NCBI RefSeq assembly: GCF_000011805.1
Contig: NC_006841.2
Reading direction: 5' to 3' (one strand)
DNA: 32,000 nt
Source of the DNA: Aliivibrio fischeri ES114
Lineage (GTDB): Bacteria; Pseudomonadota; Gammaproteobacteria; Enterobacterales; Vibrionaceae
The first letter of the stretch is position 1. Each line of letters begins with the position of its first letter. Below the pieces are notes generated by a model. The model ran no database searches and was not told where the DNA came from. It saw nothing but the letters and a program-made list of their open reading frames with translations. Position numbers and translations under genes: made by a program. Positions 9,870 to 19,013 of the stretch are shown here, one piece after another.

Positions 9870-11047
9870 TGAAATTTATCTTCCCTCTTTTTAGCGTTGT
9901 TTTGATGTTCAGTGGATTTGCCCAAGCGCAGCAATTAACCCAATATAATGCGGCAAAAGTACAGCGAGCAATTCAATTGCAGCAACAAGATAAAATAGTG
10001 GATGCTATTGATGTTCTGTCTAAACTAACGCCATCACAGGCTTATGATAAAGCCTATGTACAGCGAATGTTAGGTGTTTTCCATTGGCAAAATGGGAACA
10101 GTAAAGCGGCGGTAAAATACCTTTCAACTGCAGTTAACAGCCAGCAACTCGTTGATGAACAAGCGTGGGTAACACAGCGCATGTTGGCGGATTTACTATT
10201 AACAGAACAACGGTTTAAAGAGGCATTACCTCATTACTACCAATTAACGAAAACAATACCTAAAAATCAAAAAGTAGGGGACTTATGGTTTCGGATTGCT
10301 CAAACACATTATCAAATCTCACAGTGGGATAAGGTGCTATCTGCATTAAATAAGCATCAAAAAGTAGCGAAAATTCATAAAGAACAAGACAAAAGACAAT
10401 TGTTGGTTTTAAAACTTGGTGCGCAATTACAACGTAAATATTGGAAGTCAGCGATACCTACATTAACTGCTTTGATTGAATTAGAGCCTGATCAGGCTGG
10501 GTGGTGGCAGCAATTATCAAGTATTCAGCTGCAATTGAATCAACCAAGTAATGCGTTGGATACCTTGGTGTTAGCACAGCGTCAAGGCATTGTGTTAAGT
10601 CAATCTGAGTTGAAAATATTAGCGCAGTTATATGCACAACGTGGTATTCCTGAAAAAGCGGCGCAAGTGATGGCGCAATTAGCAGATTATGAAACAGATA
10701 AAGAAATAATAATTACGCAAGCAAGCTACTGGCAAGCCGCAAAAGAGTGGGATAAAGCAATTGCAGTTTGGCAAAAAGCCGCGCAGTTTGATGGTCAATA
10801 TTATTGGCAAGTTGCTCAGCTTCAGATTCAAGAGGGGTATTATCAACAAGGGCTAAAAAGTCTTAATAAGGTAAAGGATTACAATAAAACCGATGATGTA
10901 GCATTAGCTAAAACTCGTGCTTACTATAAGTTAAATCAACTGGAATTAGCACTTGTTAATGCTAAAAGAGCTAATGAGTTTAAACCATCTAATGAAGCAA
11001 AAGGGTGGATACAATATTTGTCTCAAATGAGGCAGATTAAAGGTTAA
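9866..11047 (+). CDS. ttpD: TPR-repeat accessory protein of the TonB2 cluster (TtpD-like)
   Basis: 393 aa with a signal peptide and repeated TPR-like helical motifs. ATGA overlap with tonB. It is the last gene of the canonical six-gene TonB2 arrangement. Confidence 0.75.
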   Translation: MMKFIFPLFSVVLMFSGFAQAQQLTQYNAAKVQRAIQLQQQDKIVDAIDVLSKLTPSQAYDKAYVQRMLGVFHWQNGNSKAAVKYLSTAVNSQQLVDEQAWVTQRMLADLLLTEQRFKEALPHYYQLTKTIPKNQKVGDLWFRIAQTHYQISQWDKVLSALNKHQKVAKIHKEQDKRQLLVLKLGAQLQRKYWKSAIPTLTALIELEPDQAGWWQQLSSIQLQLNQPSNALDTLVLAQRQGIVLSQSELKILAQLYAQRGIPEKAAQVMAQLADYETDKEIIITQASYWQAAKEWDKAIAVWQKAAQFDGQYYWQVAQLQIQEGYYQQGLKSLNKVKDYNKTDDVALAKTRAYYKLNQLELALVNAKRANEFKPSNEAKGWIQYLSQMRQIKG

Positions 11048-11057
11048 TCTACTTAAT

Positions 11058-11086
11058 AAAAAAGCAGCGTTCAACGCTGCTTTTTT
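11058..11086. terminator. Bidirectional Rho-independent terminator between convergent operons
   Basis: AAGCAGCGT (11062-11070) pairs with ACGCTGCTT (11074-11082). An A-run precedes the hairpin and a T-run follows, so it can act on both strands. Confidence 0.8.
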
Positions 11087-11110
11087 ATTGTTACCATTAA
11101 TGAATATTAT

Positions 11111-11590
11111 TTAATGCAGTGAGTTTGAATTGTGCATATTTGAAGGTGTCTGTTTTTCATTCCAAGCCACACTTGCCATTAATTTAACGTGATTTTCAAT
11201 TAATGTATTAGCTTCATTATTCCATGTGGGTTGATCATGTTGTTGGTTACAGAACTCTAAACTTAATACAGTAATGTGCTGTAGTCGTTTAATACACCAA
11301 TCTTTGATCTCAATATCTGCTGCAGAGTTAAAGGCGGCCATTTCTAACTTTGAGCTGATGTATTGTAATGTTTGAAATGCTTTTGCAATATTATGATACT
11401 TAGCGTGCTCAAAAACTCTTAGGCATCCATCTAGCCAGCAAGCAATCGCTTTACTTTGATTATCGGTTAATTCTGGTCCCCAAATGGATGTTGGCGCTGA
11501 ATAAACCAATTGTTCAAGTGAATCAAGCGACTTATCGTGCTTTGTCTGATACCAATCTGTAACTAAAGCTAACCAAGTATTTAGTGTCAT
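11111..11590 (-). CDS. Hypothetical cytoplasmic protein, unknown family, last gene of the ABC-ATPase operon
   Basis: 159-aa ORF with no TM segment or signal peptide and no motif I recognise. Its start overlaps the stop of the upstream ATPase (TAATG), which implies translational coupling. Confidence 0.6.
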   Translation of the reverse strand: MTLNTWLALVTDWYQTKHDKSLDSLEQLVYSAPTSIWGPELTDNQSKAIACWLDGCLRVFEHAKYHNIAKAFQTLQYISSKLEMAAFNSAADIEIKDWCIKRLQHITVLSLEFCNQQHDQPTWNNEANTLIENHVKLMASVAWNEKQTPSNMHNSNSLH

Positions 11591-12522
11591 TATGCTGCCT
11601 CATCCCAATGTTTTACGAAATGATTCGTACCCACTTTTTTATATTCTTCGATAATTATGCTGCTATTTTTCCTAATTTCATCTGCATCTATAGAATAGTT
11701 TGGTTCATTTTTGACCAAATTGCCAAATGGTAAATCAGGATCAGGTACAGCAGATATGAGTAGTTTTGTGTAAGGGTGCTGTGGATTACGTAAAATAGAA
11801 TTAGTATCTCCCCATTCAACAATTTGCCCCTTGTACATAACCGCTGTTTCTTCTGCTATATAATGCGCTGTTGCTAAATCGTGAGTGATATATAAGAATC
11901 CAATCCCAAGCTCTTTTTTCATTCGTTGCATGAGGTTAAGTACACCTAAACGAATTGATACATCAAGCATGGATGTTGGTTCATCAGCTAAAATCATTTT
12001 AGCTCCAACAGCAAGAGCCCTTGCAAGGTTAACTCGTTGACGTTGGCCTCCGCTTAATTCATGAGGAAACTTCGCCAAAGTATCATGATCTAATTCAACG
12101 AGATCTAAAAGTTCTAGAAGGCGATGAGCTATTTCTTTATTCCCCTTAACTTGTTTATGAATCTTAAGAGGACGGGTTAAATGGTGTTCAATTGTATGTG
12201 TTGGATTCAATGAACCAAAAGGATCTTGGAAAACCATTTGTACTTGGCTACGGTAATTGAGAATCTCTTTTGATGAACGAATATTATCAATGTTTTTCCC
12301 ATCAAAGAGGATTTCACCTTCAGTTGTTGGGTATACTTTAGTTATGAGCCGAGCACAGGTACTTTTGCCACAACCTGATTCGCCAACTAGGGCTAATGTT
12401 TTTCCTGCATAGAGGTTAAAACTGATCCCTTGTAAGGCTTTAAAATTTTCTTCTTTAGCAAACCCACCACCAATGGTGAACTCTTTTACTACGTTCTTAA
12501 CTTCTATAAGTGGCTGAGTCAT
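11590..12522 (-). CDS. Opp/Dpp-type ABC transporter ATP-binding protein (OppF/DppF-like)
   Basis: Walker [10 protein letters not shown], signature LSGGQRQR, Walker [13 protein letters not shown]-loop ITHDL, and the oligopeptide-type C-terminal extension [10 protein letters not shown]. Confidence 0.9.
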   Translation of the reverse strand: MTQPLIEVKNVVKEFTIGGGFAKEENFKALQGISFNLYAGKTLALVGESGCGKSTCARLITKVYPTTEGEILFDGKNIDNIRSSKEILNYRSQVQMVFQDPFGSLNPTHTIEHHLTRPLKIHKQVKGNKEIAHRLLELLDLVELDHDTLAKFPHELSGGQRQRVNLARALAVGAKMILADEPTSMLDVSIRLGVLNLMQRMKKELGIGFLYITHDLATAHYIAEETAVMYKGQIVEWGDTNSILRNPQHPYTKLLISAVPDPDLPFGNLVKNEPNYSIDADEIRKNSSIIIEEYKKVGTNHFVKHWDEAA

Positions 12523-13385
12523 AATATTGCACCTTCTGTTGACTGTTGTGAAACAGGGGCATTGTGAACTTCATGAATATTCGGGAAAGATGCCCATAAT
12601 TTTTTTGTATAAGGATGTTGAGGATTCTTTCTTATTTCTTGTGATGTGCCGACTTCAACAATTTCGCCGTAGCGCATAATTGCAATTCGATCGCAGAGCT
12701 GACTCATTAATGCTAAATCATGAGTTATAAATAAGACGGAAAAACCGAACTCTTCTTTTAATTGAAATATTTGCTGAAGAATCTCTCGTTGAACAACGAC
12801 ATCCAGTGCTGTTGTCGGTTCGTCCATAATGATTAGTTTTGGACTTAGAGAAAGGGCTATAGCAATAACTAGGCGTTGTCGCATACCGCCACTAAATTGA
12901 TGAGGGTATTCTGATAGACGCTCTCTGGGGATATTGACTAAATCTAATAATTTTTCAGCTCTGTCTTTTGCTTGGTCGTTGTTCATTGCTTTATGATGTC
13001 GGAGTACATCTGCAAATTGTTCTTGAATAGGAAGAACTGGATTGAGGGAGTTCATTGCACTTTGGAAAACCATAGCAATTTCGCTCCAACGAATAGCGTT
13101 TAATTGACCGTCAGATAAGCGCAATAAATCTTTGTTTTGAAAAAGAATGCTGCCGGAAGATATAAATGCAGGCGGCTTATGCAGTCGGTTAATAGCAAAT
13201 GCTATCGTACTTTTTCCACAACCTGATTCTCCTGCTAGTCCGAATATCTCCCCCTTTCCTACATCGAAACTTACTGATTTGACAGCATGAAAATCTCCAT
13301 TGTCAGTGATGTAATCGACGCATAACCCTTTTATTTGCAATAACGGATCGGAGTGTGTTCCATTTGTTATTCTGTTTGTTGTCAT
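12519..13385 (-). CDS. Opp/Dpp-type ABC transporter ATP-binding protein (OppD/DppD-like)
   Basis: Walker [10 protein letters not shown], signature FSGGMRQR, Walker B IIMDEPTTALD, H-loop ITHDL, C-terminal [14 protein letters not shown] overlap with the next ATPase gene. Confidence 0.9.
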   Translation of the reverse strand: MTTNRITNGTHSDPLLQIKGLCVDYITDNGDFHAVKSVSFDVGKGEIFGLAGESGCGKSTIAFAINRLHKPPAFISSGSILFQNKDLLRLSDGQLNAIRWSEIAMVFQSAMNSLNPVLPIQEQFADVLRHHKAMNNDQAKDRAEKLLDLVNIPRERLSEYPHQFSGGMRQRLVIAIALSLSPKLIIMDEPTTALDVVVQREILQQIFQLKEEFGFSVLFITHDLALMSQLCDRIAIMRYGEIVEVGTSQEIRKNPQHPYTKKLWASFPNIHEVHNAPVSQQSTEGAIL

Positions 13386-13406
13386 TTATTTTTACCACAT
13401 GAGAAA

Positions 13407-13425
13407 GATAATGATTATCATTATT
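13407..13425 (-). promoter_or_regulatory. Near-consensus Fur box directly upstream of the ABC-ATPase operon
   Basis: On the - strand it reads AATAATGATAATCATTATC, an 18/19 match to GATAATGATAATCATTATC. It lies 22-40 bp upstream of the ATG at 13385. Confidence 0.75.
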
Positions 13426-13682
13426 ATCACGAGCTTTCATTTTATAAAAGACGCTCAAAGTAAATAAGAGATATGAGTCGAAATAAGTATGTAATGGCAA
13501 GTAATAAGATTCACCACGATGAAAGAGGCAGATAAACAAGGTGTCTCATTTATGATATTTGATCTCAGAAAGACAAATTAGAGTATTGACTTTAATTTTG
13601 TCTCATTTTTGGTATGGTTGGGGTAAGGACAAATTTGAATGGATTCAAAATCAATACAATAACTATAAATAAGGAATGCTGT

Positions 13683-14819
13683 ATGAACAAATTAACAGCG
13701 CTACTCGTGTTTTGCTTGATGACTCCTGCTATGGCTGCGGCACAAGATGATGTGTCTAAGCGAGCTCTGGCACAAGAGTTAAGCCGTGCTTTTCCACAAT
13801 TAGAAAACAATTTAAAAAGTACCATTAATCAGTATCAAATGAGTGCTTCATTATCTGATTTATCAACTCAAACTAAACCTCAACCACAAGTTCGCACTTT
13901 TATGGCTGCAATGACAACAGCAAATAAAACTGAGATCCAAGCTCGTGGTTTAGAAAAATATACCGACGAATTGCTTGAATTGCGCTTAGCTGATCCAAGT
14001 ATGTTAGCTCGCTGGCAAGCAGGTCAAAGTCCATTATTTGCCTTTGAACCAGAAGGGGCTGAGAGCGAATGGCAATACATCGAGGCTTATGATATTGATG
14101 GCAACCTTCACTATTTAGATGTTTATGATATTCCAGAGCGCCCAGTATTAGTGGTTGATACTAATAACCGTGAAGAGCTGAAAGCTGGTTTAGCGTTAAT
14201 GCGTGATGAGTTTAAAGCACTGCAATCTAGTGAACCAAGTGAAAAGGTGAAACCTGCCCCTTATGCTATGTTAAGAGCTGCTGCGGAACCTACTGAAATT
14301 AATACCACTATCTTAAAGAAAATTCAGTTAAAAGATGATCACGAACCTTGGATTTCTGGCAAGGCAGAAATATACGCAATAGTATCTGGCGTCAGTCCTT
14401 CAAGAGACGAACCAACGATTGATGTGATTGAAATGCCTTATTTAGATTACGCAGAGCAATCTTACCCGGCTAATCAGATTATGGTTTTTTGGGATCGTTA
14501 TCGTTGGGGTGCCGCTGATATTATTTTAATGGAACAAGATGATAAAACGGATTATAAACAGTTAGCGCAAACGATCTTAAAAGCAGCCAGTGATTTTTTA
14601 GCGACCATTCCTGATAAGGAAGCGCAGACGTATTTGATTATTCCTCAAATGACGAGTGCAATTATAGCGTTACTTCCTGATGATTTATTCGTTAACGATG
14701 ACGATTTTGTTGATGTGTTTTACACCATAATGAAAGACACTGAATACACGGAACACTCAGGCGCTGGAAACAACGCAACTGCAGATTTTGCACCGTTAAT
14801 TATTCAAAAAACTCAATAG
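13683..14819 (+). CDS. Secreted protein of unknown function (possibly a DUF3103-type family, from memory only)
   Basis: The ATG at 13683 has AAGGAA upstream and gives a clean signal peptide (MNKLTALLVFCLMTPAMAAAQD). The ORF-track start at 13614 adds 23 non-signal residues. The protein is 378 aa with no catalytic motif I recognise. Confidence 0.75.
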   Translation: MNKLTALLVFCLMTPAMAAAQDDVSKRALAQELSRAFPQLENNLKSTINQYQMSASLSDLSTQTKPQPQVRTFMAAMTTANKTEIQARGLEKYTDELLELRLADPSMLARWQAGQSPLFAFEPEGAESEWQYIEAYDIDGNLHYLDVYDIPERPVLVVDTNNREELKAGLALMRDEFKALQSSEPSEKVKPAPYAMLRAAAEPTEINTTILKKIQLKDDHEPWISGKAEIYAIVSGVSPSRDEPTIDVIEMPYLDYAEQSYPANQIMVFWDRYRWGAADIILMEQDDKTDYKQLAQTILKAASDFLATIPDKEAQTYLIIPQMTSAIIALLPDDLFVNDDDFVDVFYTIMKDTEYTEHSGAGNNATADFAPLIIQKTQ

Positions 14820-14836
14820 TATCTTACTTTAATAAG

Positions 14837-14868
14837 AGTGACTTAAAGGCTTAGTTCTTTAAGTCACT
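14837..14868. terminator. Hairpin between convergent genes
   Basis: A perfect 12-bp stem, AGTGACTTAAAG (14837-14848) with CTTTAAGTCACT (14857-14868), and an 8-nt loop. The flanks are AT-rich but lack a long T-run. Confidence 0.55.
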
Positions 14869-14871
14869 TAT

Positions 14872-15270
14872 TTAATATCCAAACCCTGTCATCCCATTAA
14901 GTACAATATTGTTGTAACTTACCACTCCCACTATTTCTCCGTGCCTGAGCACTGGAGCACGACTGATTCCAAAACGCTCAAATAGCTGAGCGCAATATTT
15001 TATGTTCATATCAGGTGAGACAGAAAGCACAGGTTTTGTCATGATTTCATAAATATTGGTTCTCTCTGCTGAGCGGTTTTGCATGAGCACTTTTTTGGCA
15101 ATATCGTTCAATAATACGATCCCGTACTCATCATCATCGTGTCGTTTTTTTATTATGAGTTCTTTTACTTGTTTTTGTTTAGCTAATAAGATCCCTTCGG
15201 CTACTGTCATTAGACCATCAACAATAACGTAGGTATTGGACATAACGTTTTCGACTTTTATTTTATTCAT
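14872..15270 (-). CDS. Stand-alone CBS-pair domain protein
   Basis: 132 aa with two CBS-like repeats (...VIVDGLMTVAEGILLA... and ...MTKPVLSVSPDMNIKYCAQLFERFGISRAPVL..GEIVGVVS). Confidence 0.8.
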   Translation of the reverse strand: MNKIKVENVMSNTYVIVDGLMTVAEGILLAKQKQVKELIIKKRHDDDEYGIVLLNDIAKKVLMQNRSAERTNIYEIMTKPVLSVSPDMNIKYCAQLFERFGISRAPVLRHGEIVGVVSYNNIVLNGMTGFGY

Positions 15271-15571
15271 GACTTTTCTACTACATCTTTAGTTCACGCA
15301 GTCCTTGATGAACAACCTCAAGTGTATCTTCAAGAACAATTAGTAACTGATATAGTATTTCAATTTTATGTCGTTTTTATGTCATTTATATTGTGTCTAT
15401 TTAAAGGTGGTTGGTTGTTTATCAGACAGGGGTGAGATACTTGAACTAAGTGCTTGTTCTATAAATTGAAAGGAATTAGGCATATAAGATATGAACTAAA
15501 TTTTAGATGCTATCCCCCAAATTCTAGTAGGTATTTATAATTGCCCTAAACCAATTTTGAGGCAGTAATTG

Positions 15572-15721
15572 ATGGATAAATATGACTTAGAAAAGCAAGT
15601 GCTAGTGAAAGTTATGAAAAAAGATCTTGAATTAGCATTGGTAGCTAAAGACATTAGTAAGGCTGATATCATACGTATGTTGAGTTATTTCATTAAAAAA
15701 ACCGAAGCCTTGAGTGAATAA
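15572..15721 (+). CDS. Small 49-aa helical protein (below the ORF-track length cut-off)
   Basis: MDKYDLEKQVLVKVMKKDLELALVAKDISKADIIRMLSYFIKKTEALSE. GAGG lies 9 nt upstream of the ATG, and a strong terminator starts 12 nt after the stop. There is no homology evidence. Confidence 0.4.
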   Translation: MDKYDLEKQVLVKVMKKDLELALVAKDISKADIIRMLSYFIKKTEALSE

Positions 15722-15732
15722 ATTTTAAGTAA

Positions 15733-15770
15733 AAGCTAATTGAATCTCCCCCTATCAATTAGCTTTTTTT
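15733..15770. terminator. Bidirectional Rho-independent terminator
   Basis: AAGCTAATTGA (15733-15743) pairs with TCAATTAGCTT (15755-15765). A T7 run follows on the + strand and an A-run precedes, giving a T-run on the - strand. It sits between the small ORF and the stop of the 212-aa gene. Confidence 0.8.
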
Positions 15771-15771
15771 G

Positions 15772-16410
15772 TTATTCGGATACTTGTATTTTTCGCACTT
15801 GATAGCCAAAGCCTAATGCGCTGTATGCTAACAAAGAATAGCCGAGTAATTCAGTACCTTCTTCCGCTAGATTCTTAACCGTTCGAATATAATCACCTTG
15901 TAGTAGAATTTGCCATAAGTGATTCATACCAACTAAACGAGAAAAAACCAGAACCACAACTAACGCACAACTCATCGTGTAGAAGTAACGGCTATCGAAG
16001 AACTTTGCAGAGGTGGAAAGTAAGCCTTGCTTATCTTTTAGAGCAAAGAAAATACACACGAAGGTGACGATAAGTGCTGGCACAAGCCAAAATCCATGAT
16101 AAACCTTATCAAGGACACCATCGCATTCTCTAATGAACATGCAACTAAAAAAGCCGACGACTAAGATAGCAAATGAACGTGCCTTAGGGTTTATTTTTGC
16201 TATGTAACTGAATGATAAGATAACAATTAAAAGTAAAAATTGTTGGTAGTATTCAGTCAGTGACTGCTCACTTACCCCATCTTTTAATGTGATAATGTCA
16301 GTACGAATAACGAGATAGGCAATGGCTACAACAACGCATTGAATAAAGAATTGAAGCAGTCCTCTTTGGATCATTTTGATCTCTTTGGACTTTGAGTAGG
16401 AAAAAAGCAT
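15772..16410 (-). CDS. Integral membrane protein, unknown family (about 6 TM segments)
   Basis: 212-aa ORF with repeated hydrophobic stretches and no motif I recognise. An alternative start at Met13 is possible. Confidence 0.65.
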   Translation of the reverse strand: MLFSYSKSKEIKMIQRGLLQFFIQCVVVAIAYLVIRTDIITLKDGVSEQSLTEYYQQFLLLIVILSFSYIAKINPKARSFAILVVGFFSCMFIRECDGVLDKVYHGFWLVPALIVTFVCIFFALKDKQGLLSTSAKFFDSRYFYTMSCALVVVLVFSRLVGMNHLWQILLQGDYIRTVKNLAEEGTELLGYSLLAYSALGFGYQVRKIQVSE

Positions 16411-16528
16411 AACAGCCTCTCAAATAACGAACGGTTTGTTAGTATAAGAGGCTATTGAATGTAGATATGTATCTATTTATAAAAAATAGGATTCCATAAC
16501 AGCGGGCTGGTATACCTTAAAATTGTAA

Positions 16529-17467
16529 TTATGCGTAATTCATAATATAAAACAATGAGGTAGTTGAAATGATTACCCAAAGCGTGATCCCAAAAATAAG
16601 GGGCTTTGCACCAGCCGCTTTAATTTTTTCGATTGAAATGCCACATCCAATAAAGAATAAGCATAAAACCAGTAGTTTTTTCGATACATCAAAAATACCG
16701 TTATAAACGACATCAAATTGTGGCAGGTTATCGCTTATCAGTATGGCTAAACAATAAAAAACAATGAAGTAAGGAATAGTGATTTTCTTGCTATTGCTTC
16801 TGAATAACAAAGCACTGATTAGAGCAACAGGTACAATCCATAAAGCACGAGCCAATTTTAATGTAGTGGCTGTTTTAAGTGCTTCTTCGCCATAAGCAGA
16901 CGCTGCCCCTACAACAGAAGAGGTGTCATGAATAGCGATTGCTGCCCATGTTCCGAAGGTGTGTTGGCTTAGCTCTAATGCATGACCAATGACAGGAAAG
17001 ATGAAGAGTGCTATAGAATTAAGAACAAATACAGTAGCAAGAGCAAGCCCTGTAGATTCTTCATCTGCATTAATCGCTGGAGCGACAGCTGCAATAGCAC
17101 TTCCGCCACAAATCGCTGTACCTGAAGCAATTAGGTGTCCTGTGACTTTATCTAATTTCATCTGTTTTGCTAATAGCCAACCTAAAATTAGGGTTCCTGT
17201 AATAGTGGCTAAAATAATACCGATGCCATTTGATGTCGCTTCAATGGCTTCATTCAGTTGAATGCCAAACCCTAGCCCAACAATAGAGTAAGCCAATAGT
17301 TTTTTTGTGACTTTGCCAAGAGCAAAATTGGTTGGAACGAATCCGAAACTGGCAAGAGCAAAGCCCATAACTAACGCGGTTGGAGAACTAATCCAAGGCG
17401 TAAGAGTAAGTAGTGCTGCGATATAAAAAGGAGAGTAGTGTAGTAAGTGTTGTTTATTAAAAGTCAT
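16529..17467 (-). CDS. yeiH: YeiH/UPF0324-family inner-membrane protein (putative sulfate exporter family)
   Basis: Polytopic membrane protein with the G/A-rich segments typical of the YeiH family ([26 protein letters not shown]). I prefer the ATG at 17467 (MTFNKQHLL...) over the upstream start at 17506. Confidence 0.7.
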   Translation of the reverse strand: MTFNKQHLLHYSPFYIAALLTLTPWISSPTALVMGFALASFGFVPTNFALGKVTKKLLAYSIVGLGFGIQLNEAIEATSNGIGIILATITGTLILGWLLAKQMKLDKVTGHLIASGTAICGGSAIAAVAPAINADEESTGLALATVFVLNSIALFIFPVIGHALELSQHTFGTWAAIAIHDTSSVVGAASAYGEEALKTATTLKLARALWIVPVALISALLFRSNSKKITIPYFIVFYCLAILISDNLPQFDVVYNGIFDVSKKLLVLCLFFIGCGISIEKIKAAGAKPLIFGITLWVIISTTSLFYIMNYA

Positions 17468-17736
17468 CTTGAGAATTCTTGGGTACAGGAAAATGAAAGA
17501 TACCATTTTTTATTTATTTAGTAAGTTTAATTAATCCGTATGTATAGTTTAATAATACTTAACCCTAGTAAGGGTTTTACTAAACGTTTCTATTTAAGTT
17601 AATTACTCTGGATTTGTCAAAAAATGCAATAAACTTAAGAGGGTTATGCTCTTATAAATTAATGGTCATTCGGTATACTTTTTAAACAATATAAAAATAT
17701 AAATAACGTCAGATGGAAAGAACCTAGGGAGGGTAA

Positions 17737-18987
17737 ATGGATAAATCAAAGACGATAGAAGAAATAAAACAAATAGACAGCGTACTCCAATGGAACCGTC
17801 TTTCTCGTTTTAATCATATGATTTGGACTGTACTGACCGGAACGCTGCTTGCTCGAACTACTTACTTTATGGCATGGCCTTTTCTTATTGTTATCCTTTA
17901 TCAAGATTTTAATGCCAGGGCGGTAACCGTCGGAGCTATTTTGGCTGGTTCTGCTGTGGTGGGGTCGTTCACTGGATTATATTCAGGTTGGTTGTCAGAT
18001 AAGTTTGGTCGTAAATGGGTCATGATATGGGGATGTATTATTGCAGCTTTTTCTTATGCAGGGATTGGGATTGCAACATCAATATTTCAGCTATTTATTT
18101 TAGTGGGTATGTGTGGGTTGATGCGCCCAATGATAGAGGCGCCAGCAAAAGCGGTGATTGGAGACAATTTAGATGATGAAAAAGACAGAGAACTAGCCCT
18201 TAATGTCCGTTATTTTTTAATTAACGTTGGTGGGGCAATTGGTCCTTTAATTGGTATAACACTTGGACTAGCTCATCCTAAAGTATTATTTTTAATTACT
18301 GGTGTTACTTATTTAGCTTTTGGCCTTTTTTTATTTATCTCTTTTGCCAAAAGTAATAGTGAAATCTTATTATCTAAAGCGACATCTGATGTCACTTCAT
18401 TTTTATCGACAGTCCGCATTATTAGTAAAGATAGATTATTTATCAAGTTACTTGCAGCCAACGTAATAATGATGTTTGTGTATGGTCAATATGAGTCATC
18501 TATACCGCAAGTTATTGTCCGAACGGATATTGTCGATGCAGCTAAATTTGTTAGTGGCTTAGTATTGGTAAATACATTGACGATTGTCGTATTGCAGTTT
18601 CCGATGCTTAAGTTACTTGAGAATATTCCTTTATTTGTGCGAACTCGCATAGGCATGGCATTGATGGCATTAGCACAATTGGCATTTTTACTGGTTCCAG
18701 TGGATTTCCCTACAGGTTGGTTAATGGCGTGCTTTATTTTAAGTGTGGGAGAGGTGATTGCTTTTCCTACGTTAAATGTACAGATAGACCAATTGGCACC
18801 AAAACATTTACGCGGTAGTTATTTTGGTGCCGCTGCAATATATGGATTGGGTTTTGCGCTCGCGCCTTTAGTGGGAGGGCTTTTGATTCAACTAGGCGGA
18901 GCTACACCATTATTTATTGCTTGTTTTGTACTGTCTTTATTAATGATTGGATTATATAAGTGGGCTGAAAGAGAAGTACCTTCTTAG
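17737..18987 (+). CDS. Major facilitator superfamily transporter
   Basis: 416 aa, about 12 TM segments, with an MFS motif-A-like loop (GWLSDKFGRKWVM). GGGAGGG RBS upstream. Confidence 0.85.
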   Translation: MDKSKTIEEIKQIDSVLQWNRLSRFNHMIWTVLTGTLLARTTYFMAWPFLIVILYQDFNARAVTVGAILAGSAVVGSFTGLYSGWLSDKFGRKWVMIWGCIIAAFSYAGIGIATSIFQLFILVGMCGLMRPMIEAPAKAVIGDNLDDEKDRELALNVRYFLINVGGAIGPLIGITLGLAHPKVLFLITGVTYLAFGLFLFISFAKSNSEILLSKATSDVTSFLSTVRIISKDRLFIKLLAANVIMMFVYGQYESSIPQVIVRTDIVDAAKFVSGLVLVNTLTIVVLQFPMLKLLENIPLFVRTRIGMALMALAQLAFLLVPVDFPTGWLMACFILSVGEVIAFPTLNVQIDQLAPKHLRGSYFGAAAIYGLGFALAPLVGGLLIQLGGATPLFIACFVLSLLMIGLYKWAEREVPS

Positions 18988-19013
18988 TGATCTACTAAAT
19001 AGATCAATGTACT

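Noticed and set aside
13303-13825. ORFs 13303-13539 (-) and 13592-13825 (-), and the extended 13614 start of the + strand gene
   Set aside because: The two - strand ORFs cross the Fur-box/promoter region or run antisense to the signal-peptide region of the 378-aa gene, and they have low-complexity products. The 13614 start puts 23 residues in front of an otherwise perfect signal peptide that has its own RBS at 13683.
16989-17261. 90-aa + strand ORF inside the YeiH-family gene
   Set aside because: It is antisense to a polytopic membrane protein frame. The Ala/Ile-rich product is what the complement of a G/A-rich membrane gene would give.
18988-19006. Hairpin TGATCTA-CTAAA-TAGATCA between the convergent MFS and EEP genes
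   Set aside because: It has only a 7-bp AT-rich stem and no T-run on either strand, which is too weak to call an intrinsic terminator.
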